Below, one piece after another: positions 24,341-30,127 of a stretch of DNA of 30,127 bases (its first letter is position 1; each line of letters opens with the position of its first letter). This DNA comes from a virus (Duplodnaviria; Caudoviricetes). Location: IMG/VR virus record IMGVR_UViG_3300021408_000174, positions 1-30,127 of that record; one strand, given 5' to 3'. A program made the position numbers and the translations under genes. A model generated the notes under the pieces. The model did no database searches and was not told the DNA's origin. It worked only from the letters and a program-made list of their open reading frames with translations.

Positions 24341-25261
24341 GTGGCGGTCAAACTAACCATAACTGTAGCCGATATTACCGGAACATTGGGTGCTGGGTAT
24401 ACCAAACTAAAGGTATATCGCTCCCCAATGTCAGCTGGTGTCTATGACGAGGTCACGACACCAAGCATGATGATTCAGCTACAGGCGGGTCAAAGCGAAT
24501 ACGTTTATATTGATGGCGGTGGAACTACTGCTCATTGGTATAAGACAACATTTTACAACCCGACGACTCCGTCTGAGAGTTCTTTTAGTGGCGCGTTTAA
24601 TGGTGATTACTACGACCTGGGATTCCCTTCTGCTAGCTATCCTCCGGAGGCAGTATTTACCAATGACGATTACCTGGTATTGGATAAGATAAGGAATCTT
24701 ATTGGCGATCGGAAAGAGGTCGTACGGGATTATACCTCGCCAAACACTGGAAGTGCAGCTAATATTTCGGACGATGGGTATACTTATACCTTGAGCAATC
24801 CAAATGGTTGGCCGCTCAGAGTAATCCTTGATGATACTGAATATACATCTATTGATGACCCGGTGGTAAATGGATATAAATCCGTTACTTTTAGTGGTGG
24901 CCAGATTACGGCTAGTGGCACGCTTGATTTGTGGTACCACCATTTCAGATATTCAGACACAGAAATCCTCCAGGTCTACAACGGACTGACTCCGCCTTAT
25001 CCTTTGACAGCTGAGCAAGTAACATTTGAGTTGTCTGTAGTTAGTGCTGCTATTGAGCTACTCACGTCCGAACTAGGAATGTCAAGCTCTAGTGCAGGCA
25101 TTGAGGTTGATATCTTTGAGGAGATACGAGTCAATCCCAAAGCTGGGCTGGATAGTCGCTACAATATGTTGAAGGCATTGCTCGCGCGCAGGCAGGCTAT
25201 AATCGATGACATAGCTCCTGATACATCTTCTGACAACCTGTGGGGAGTCCTAATAGACTAA
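24341..25261 (+). CDS. Putative head-tail adaptor/neck protein with N-terminal FN3-like domain
   Basis: KVYRS...Y-x-YID...WYK...ES-x-x-S (FN3-like); IR-x-LIGD and FRYSD-x-EI (adaptor-like); AGGAG RBS. Confidence 0.62.
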   Translation: MAVKLTITVADITGTLGAGYTKLKVYRSPMSAGVYDEVTTPSMMIQLQAGQSEYVYIDGGGTTAHWYKTTFYNPTTPSESSFSGAFNGDYYDLGFPSASYPPEAVFTNDDYLVLDKIRNLIGDRKEVVRDYTSPNTGSAANISDDGYTYTLSNPNGWPLRVILDDTEYTSIDDPVVNGYKSVTFSGGQITASGTLDLWYHHFRYSDTEILQVYNGLTPPYPLTAEQVTFELSVVSAAIELLTSELGMSSSSAGIEVDIFEEIRVNPKAGLDSRYNMLKALLARRQAIIDDIAPDTSSDNLWGVLID

Positions 25262-25803
25262 TGATCGTAACGCCGGCGATTCGTAAGCTATATCATGATC
25301 TTCTTACAGAAGTCATTGAGGACCTGCATAAGCCGATTACGGCTCATATGCCGCCTATAAAGGCTGACTGCCCGAACTGCCAGTACGATACGGCGAACAA
25401 AAAATCTTCGGGGGTATATAATAATACTTTTGTAGCGCCGGTGATTATTTTTGGGTCTACAATCAATCCTGCCCCATTTACCCGTGGTCGTTGCCCTGTG
25501 TGCCATGACATTGGCTTCCTCACTAGCCAAATCACTAAGCCGCTCAAGGCGTTGGTGCGGTGGAATCCCAAAAGTGCGAGTGATTTGGAAATCACCCCGG
25601 CCGGTCGTGAGGGTGCTCCCATCGTTAGAATCAAGGTTGCACGTCCACATTATAACACGGTGATGGCGGCCGAGTATTTTACGGTGGACGGGATGCGCTG
25701 TGTGCTTAATGAGCCTGCTACCATTCGAGGGTTGGGCACTCAAGAGGAAATGGTCATTGCTTTTTTGCTAGCGGTTGAGGTAGGCAGTGATGTTAAGAGG
25801 TAG
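25261..25803 (+). CDS. Putative head-closure/neck protein with Zn finger
   Basis: CPNC...CPVC-x-x-x-G; TAATG coupling at 25261; position in the neck region. Confidence 0.62.
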   Translation: MIVTPAIRKLYHDLLTEVIEDLHKPITAHMPPIKADCPNCQYDTANKKSSGVYNNTFVAPVIIFGSTINPAPFTRGRCPVCHDIGFLTSQITKPLKALVRWNPKSASDLEITPAGREGAPIVRIKVARPHYNTVMAAEYFTVDGMRCVLNEPATIRGLGTQEEMVIAFLLAVEVGSDVKR

Positions 25804-25805
25804 GT

Positions 25806-26519
25806 ATGGCCGAGTTAGATCTTGAAAGGTTGTTGCCGTTAATTGAAGCGGCGGTCAAAAGAAAAATTAACAGTGGTTTGGCTCGGAAACTTAGGAAGAA
25901 TATCTTAGAGGTGTTTCGAACTAGGGCTAAAGCAGATATTCTCCAGGCTTTTATTCGAGTATATGACGAGTTAGCCGCGCAGGAGAAGGGGGAATATGGG
26001 CCTCTTGTGGTTGGTAAGGACCCTTCGGCGTTGGAGAATTTTCGTCATCTCTTTGTCCAGCAAATCGATCGAGAGTTAGACGGCATTAGGATTGACGGGA
26101 ACTCATTGATTATTGAGGTTGGGAATAAAGATTTGTGGGGAGTTGGTCGATCCAAGGAGCCCAACTCTGGGGATGCACCACAAGGTGACCCTCAAAGCGT
26201 TGATTTTCTAGGGTATTATATAGAGGGTTTTATAGGTGAGTTTGGTTTCTTGACTATGGACCATTATCGATTGCGCCGGAAAAAAGCTAAGAATATTGGT
26301 CGTTTTGGCAAGGGGTTTTTGATATCTAAAGAAGCTTATGAAAAAGAGCATTGGGAGCGGATTACCAAGATTAAGTTTGCTGATATACGCCACCCCATTT
26401 CAGGGCAGGCACCCTTTAAGGGGTTTGATTTATTAGCTAGTTCATTCGACTTCAATCCTTATATCCAAGAAGCAGTGGAAAAGACCTTTACTGACATCGG
26501 CCAGAGTTTATCCAGCTAA
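25806..26519 (+). CDS. Putative tail-completion/neck protein (HK97 gp10-like position)
   Basis: 237-aa ORF, 'YYIEG', 'HP.SG..PF'; call is positional. Confidence 0.5.
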   Translation: MAELDLERLLPLIEAAVKRKINSGLARKLRKNILEVFRTRAKADILQAFIRVYDELAAQEKGEYGPLVVGKDPSALENFRHLFVQQIDRELDGIRIDGNSLIIEVGNKDLWGVGRSKEPNSGDAPQGDPQSVDFLGYYIEGFIGEFGFLTMDHYRLRRKKAKNIGRFGKGFLISKEAYEKEHWERITKIKFADIRHPISGQAPFKGFDLLASSFDFNPYIQEAVEKTFTDIGQSLSS

Positions 26520-26524
26520 AAAAG

Positions 26525-26553
26525 TTGACATATACTTCGTTTTGTATTATTAT
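26525..26553 (+). promoter_or_regulatory. Sigma70-type promoter inside the virion module
   Basis: TTGACA (26525-26530), 17-bp spacer, TATTAT (26548-26553); RBS GGGGAGG downstream. Confidence 0.8.
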
Positions 26554-26597
26554 TCATACGTGTAAGTGTACGATATTTCAGCCCAAGGGGAGGTTTA

Positions 26598-27365
26598 ATG
26601 ATACCTTATCTTAGGCTCTATGACTCCTCTATCTTCAACTACCTAAGGTATGAAGTAATCCCCCTCCATTTCTCCGAACGGGTAGATAACGATACTCTCG
26701 TATATGAGGCGTCAGAGAACGCCCACAAAGTAAAATTTAGCGTTCAGCCCTCCCCAGGTAGCCAGGGTCGAGGGCTAGTCGTATTTGACGAGATGATGGT
26801 CAACGGCAGGCTGGTAGCCGATACCACCACAGAGCAGACCAGCCAAGTCACTGTGACTGGTGCAACATCTTACGACATCGATTATGTGAATGGTAGAATA
26901 TTGAACCCTGATGCTATCCCTAGTTCGATAACCTATCGTTGGTATTACGTTTCTGTTATACAGGGATGGCCAGGAGTCAGTCCACCTCTTCTACCGGTGG
27001 TAGCACTCGATATCGATGCGACAACCAAAGCTGGATATCAGCTAGGGGGAGGATCGAAGGATACGATTCGTGGTTCGGTCTATGTTTTTGCCACGAATGA
27101 AGCAGAAAAGAAAGATATTACTGACGTTATTTACCAGGCATTATTTAATAGAACTTTGCCAATCTATAACTGGCATGAAGTAAACTACTTAAACTATGAT
27201 GGAACTTATACCGGCCTTGTCCCAACCACGGTGAGTGGTATCAGTAAAGGGTATTTCAAAGAGGTTAATGCGATTTATACGGGAGCAAGATTGGATTGGT
27301 CGGAACTTAATCGACATCGAGCAAGAGTTGATTTTGTTTTTGAAGTATTGAAGGACGATAGTTAG
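26598..27365 (+). CDS. Putative tail terminator protein
   Basis: GWP...LPVVAL...GYQLGGG...VYVFA...KKDITD...HRARVDF; 'YDIDYVNGRI' insertion; directly precedes the major tail gene. Confidence 0.62.
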   Translation: MIPYLRLYDSSIFNYLRYEVIPLHFSERVDNDTLVYEASENAHKVKFSVQPSPGSQGRGLVVFDEMMVNGRLVADTTTEQTSQVTVTGATSYDIDYVNGRILNPDAIPSSITYRWYYVSVIQGWPGVSPPLLPVVALDIDATTKAGYQLGGGSKDTIRGSVYVFATNEAEKKDITDVIYQALFNRTLPIYNWHEVNYLNYDGTYTGLVPTTVSGISKGYFKEVNAIYTGARLDWSELNRHRARVDFVFEVLKDDS

Positions 27366-27495
27366 GAGACACTGTTAGGAAGTGGGAAACGCCTCCCTGC
27401 TGCCTGTGCAGTAACGGATTTATCCAACCTCAATTAGCTGTACGTATTATAGAAACGCGCGCGTTTTGCCAAATTAACCCTTAAGGAGGCCCTAA

Positions 27496-29097
27496 ATGGC
27501 TAGAAATAGAATTATTTACGCTAGTCAGAGCGTTATTGTCGATGGGGACCACCTGTATCGTGTTCAAACTCTGGGATCTGCTACGACGTTTACTTCGACA
27601 GATCTTTTCGAGTTGGGCCAGCAGGATATCATCGACGTAGTAGACGACGTGCCAACCGTTGCTCTGACGCTGGACACAAATGATTGGGGTACTGTACGCA
27701 CAGCAGCTGCATTTGCTCGTGTCTCTTCGGATGCTTTCGATTTGACAGCTACCGTAAGTAATGCGAACTTGACGGTTGTCTCCGGTACTCCAGGCACTGA
27801 CCTTGCGTATTACCATGGTATTTCACTTGCTAATTACGGTGTGGCCGGTTCAGAGTTTGACCTCTGGGCTCCTGTCCAAACCGAATCGGCTCTAGGCACT
27901 GCAGACGACCTTATCGACCAGACGATGTTTCTGGCCCGCTGTTTCTTGACTGGTATTAACTTGAGCTACAGCGTCGGTGGGGAAGCTACGGAAAACTATA
28001 CGGCGGAAGCCGACAACAAGATGTGGCTACTGAATGACGGTCGATTTGTTTCGCAGGAGCATTGGACTGCAGCTTCGGGTGTTGGTACGTATAACCTCGG
28101 TATTGTGGATACTACGAACCAGGTTGCCACGCTTTCTGACAATAACCTGGCGTTCCTTTACGTTGACCCGGCGACGGGTCGTCGGTCGCTGGTTGTTGAC
28201 CATGCAGATGGTACTCGTACGTACGTTCCGGTGGTGTTGGGTGCGGCTACCGCTACTGAAGCGGGTTATGCTGCCGCTACCAACGTCGTGACCCTGCCAG
28301 GCAGTGTGACGGTGGGCGGTGCTGACGTCGTCAAAATCCGTTATGCGGCTGATGCGTATGCTACTGCGGTTCCCGGTAACTCGGACATCCAGAATGCGAA
28401 TTACTTCACGCCGGCGACCGATGCGAATACTGGTGACCACTCTAACGTTGGTGGTTTGCGTCAGGGGCAGATTGAGATTTATCTGGTCGATCCTGATGCC
28501 AGTGCTGACTATGAGATGTCGCTTCGTTTGCAGACTGTCACTATTGCTGCGGCGCTTAATCGTGAGCCGCTCTCTGAGCTTGGTCACTTGAAGCCATATG
28601 ACCGCCCGGTTACCTTCCCGGTCGAAATTACTACGACTGTTGAGGCGACTGCCGGTGATCTTGAGACTTTTGCTCGGTTTGCTGGTAAGGAAGCGGAGTA
28701 TGATGCGGGAACTTTGGTTGACCTGACGATTGACCACTTGCTCCAGAAGGACAACCTTACGTTGGTCGTCATGATTTACGACCAGACTGATGTTGAGGCC
28801 GGTGGAACGGGTGCACAGCGCAAGGTTCTTAAGGATGAGCTGGTGGGCAAGGCTTACTGGGTCGACGGTGTTCGTGCGGTCTATGCGGCTATTAACCCGT
28901 CTTCGCCAGAACGTGAATACCCGATGAAGACTGTTATTGTGCCAAACCTAAAGTCTACTACTGAAGAGTATAGTTTGGCTCAGGGTTCGAACGCTACCCA
29001 GACTTTCGGATTCCGTTCGACTAACAGGATGTTTATGGTCAAGGGTTACGTTCCGTTCGATAGAGTTATTGTGACTCCAGGAATGCAGAATAACTAA
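27496..29097 (+). CDS. Major tail (tube) protein with tandem tube domains
   Basis: AAGGAGG RBS, biased codons, followed by a terminator; two copies of R-x-QT...ELG...P and NAT/EAT-type strands. Confidence 0.8.
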   Translation: MARNRIIYASQSVIVDGDHLYRVQTLGSATTFTSTDLFELGQQDIIDVVDDVPTVALTLDTNDWGTVRTAAAFARVSSDAFDLTATVSNANLTVVSGTPGTDLAYYHGISLANYGVAGSEFDLWAPVQTESALGTADDLIDQTMFLARCFLTGINLSYSVGGEATENYTAEADNKMWLLNDGRFVSQEHWTAASGVGTYNLGIVDTTNQVATLSDNNLAFLYVDPATGRRSLVVDHADGTRTYVPVVLGAATATEAGYAAATNVVTLPGSVTVGGADVVKIRYAADAYATAVPGNSDIQNANYFTPATDANTGDHSNVGGLRQGQIEIYLVDPDASADYEMSLRLQTVTIAAALNREPLSELGHLKPYDRPVTFPVEITTTVEATAGDLETFARFAGKEAEYDAGTLVDLTIDHLLQKDNLTLVVMIYDQTDVEAGGTGAQRKVLKDELVGKAYWVDGVRAVYAAINPSSPEREYPMKTVIVPNLKSTTEEYSLAQGSNATQTFGFRSTNRMFMVKGYVPFDRVIVTPGMQNN

Positions 29098-29107
29098 ATA
29101 TTGTTTG

Positions 29108-29147
29108 GGGGAAGAGGGGTTTAAGCACCCTTCTTCCCCTTTCTTTT
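29108..29147 (+). terminator. Intrinsic terminator after the major tail gene
   Basis: GGGGAAGAGGGGT-ttaagc-ACCCTTCTTCCCC followed by TTTCTTTT. Confidence 0.88.
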
Positions 29148-29167
29148 ATTAGCGTTGAAGAGGGTTT

Positions 29168-29449
29168 ATGGAAGACAGCGTTGAGGAACAGGCTGAGGAC
29201 CGGGAAGAAGTACGATCTAAAGAAAAGATTAAGCGTTATATTGACGCGGAAATAACGAAGCTATTTACAGGCATCCTGGATTATGCTGAGGTGGCTATCG
29301 ATAGCGAGGAGCGTTGGAAAGTACTTCGTTCACGGATATTAAAACTTTCGAATGATTCTATTCGAGAAATACGGAAAGAGATAGATGATCGGTATGTTGT
29401 CAACTATCGCGCACCGTCGGAAGATATCATTGTTATTAAGCGAAAGTAA
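29168..29449 (+). CDS. Hypothetical helical protein
   Basis: 93-aa ORF with GAGGG RBS. Confidence 0.7.
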   Translation: MEDSVEEQAEDREEVRSKEKIKRYIDAEITKLFTGILDYAEVAIDSEERWKVLRSRILKLSNDSIREIRKEIDDRYVVNYRAPSEDIIVIKRK

Positions 29450-29476
29450 ATTGATTAGGGAAAAGGAGAGCGTAGC

Positions 29477-30127
29477 ATGAATGCTAAGGCCGAGAAGCAG
29501 GAAGATACCCGTCGTAATTTTGATTTTCAAGTAGATGAAGATACCACTGTCAAATACTATCTTGGGATTCCGTCATCGGACCAGATACGAAAGGCAGATT
29601 GGCACTACTCTAAAGTTTACAACAAAGCTCTGGTTGATGGCGTTGCGACGCAGGCAGAGATGCTAGACATCTTGCATCGTCGAAATATCCTGGGGCCTGA
29701 ATATGAAAAGCGTTTGGAGGAGCTGCAGACCACTATTGCGATCAAGATTACTGAAATGCAAGATGAAAAGAATGACGTGGAAAAAGCTCAGAGGGCGCTC
29801 GAGATACGAGATTTACGGGATAAGCTTTATCAGTGGAATCAGCGAGCTACTGGCCCGCTCAGTAATACCTGTGAGCAGATTGCGGAAGATGCGAAGCTGG
29901 AGTATTTAACCTCGACGGCGGTGCAGGCCGAGGACAAGACTCCGGTGTGGGCTTCCTTTGATGAGTTTATTGGGGAAGAGAACCAACGGCTGCTGCTAAA
30001 ATCACGCTTTGAGGTGTTGCTCTGGATGCAGGGCTTGGACGCTGATTTCTTGGAGAAGACTCCCGAAAACTTGGTTATTAAGGAGCTTGCGGAGAATCAG
30101 GAAAAGCAGAAGGAAGCCAAGCGTCTT
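29477..30127 (+). CDS. Putative tail assembly chaperone (3'-truncated by the window edge), not in the ORF track
   Basis: AAGGAG RBS; open for 217 codons to the window end (MNAKAEKQEDTRRNFDF...YSKVYNKALVDG...TCEQIAEDAK...); charged helical protein after the tail tube gene. Confidence 0.65.
   Translation, partial: MNAKAEKQEDTRRNFDFQVDEDTTVKYYLGIPSSDQIRKADWHYSKVYNKALVDGVATQAEMLDILHRRNILGPEYEKRLEELQTTIAIKITEMQDEKNDVEKAQRALEIRDLRDKLYQWNQRATGPLSNTCEQIAEDAKLEYLTSTAVQAEDKTPVWASFDEFIGEENQRLLLKSRFEVLLWMQGLDADFLEKTPENLVIKELAENQEKQKEAKRL

Noticed and set aside
12510-28737. Long minus-strand ORFs (e.g. 12510-13451, 15478-16149, 18791-19528, 28027-28737)
   Set aside because: Antisense shadows of codon-biased plus-strand genes, with no recognisable motifs or RBS
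1-30127. tRNA, rRNA, CRISPR array, integrase/att site, intron or intein
   Set aside because: Intergenic gaps are short and explained by promoters and terminators; no repeat-spacer pattern or cloverleaf noticed; TerL, DnaX and MCP are uninterrupted and of normal length

Overview
A gene-dense segment of a large tailed dsDNA phage (Caudoviricetes), with all credible genes on the + strand and read in the standard genetic code. It is probably a long non-contractile-tailed virus, since a major tail protein is present with no sheath gene beside it. The left third (1-11.2 kb) is a replication and host-takeover region. It encodes thioredoxin, a nucleoside deoxyribosyltransferase-fold enzyme, a gamma-length DnaX clamp-loader subunit, methionine aminopeptidase, a lipoprotein trypsin-like protease, an OmpA-domain/beta-barrel protein with reversed domain order, an HNH endonuclease, a cold-shock protein, a DIP1984-like protein, a dNMP kinase and many small Cys-rich ORFs. 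That region ends in an Arg-rich peptide / Zn-ribbon / NusG-paralog trio directly in front of the terminase genes. The rest (11.2-30.1 kb) is a virion morphogenesis module: TerS candidate, TerL, portal, prohead protease, scaffold, decoration protein, major capsid, an inserted endonuclease, a LamG-type appendage protein, neck and head-tail genes, a major tail protein with an internal duplication, and a partial tail chaperone. Six sigma70-type promoters (TT[G/T]ACA-17 bp-TA[T/A]-type -10) and three intrinsic terminators are directly visible. The best candidates for new biology are the phage NusG plus Zn-ribbon module at the head of the late operon, the inverted OmpA outer-membrane protein with its neighbouring lipoprotein protease, the RBS-sequestering hairpin of the HNH gene, and the tandem-domain tail tube. 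All protein family calls come from motif recognition by eye, not from database searches.
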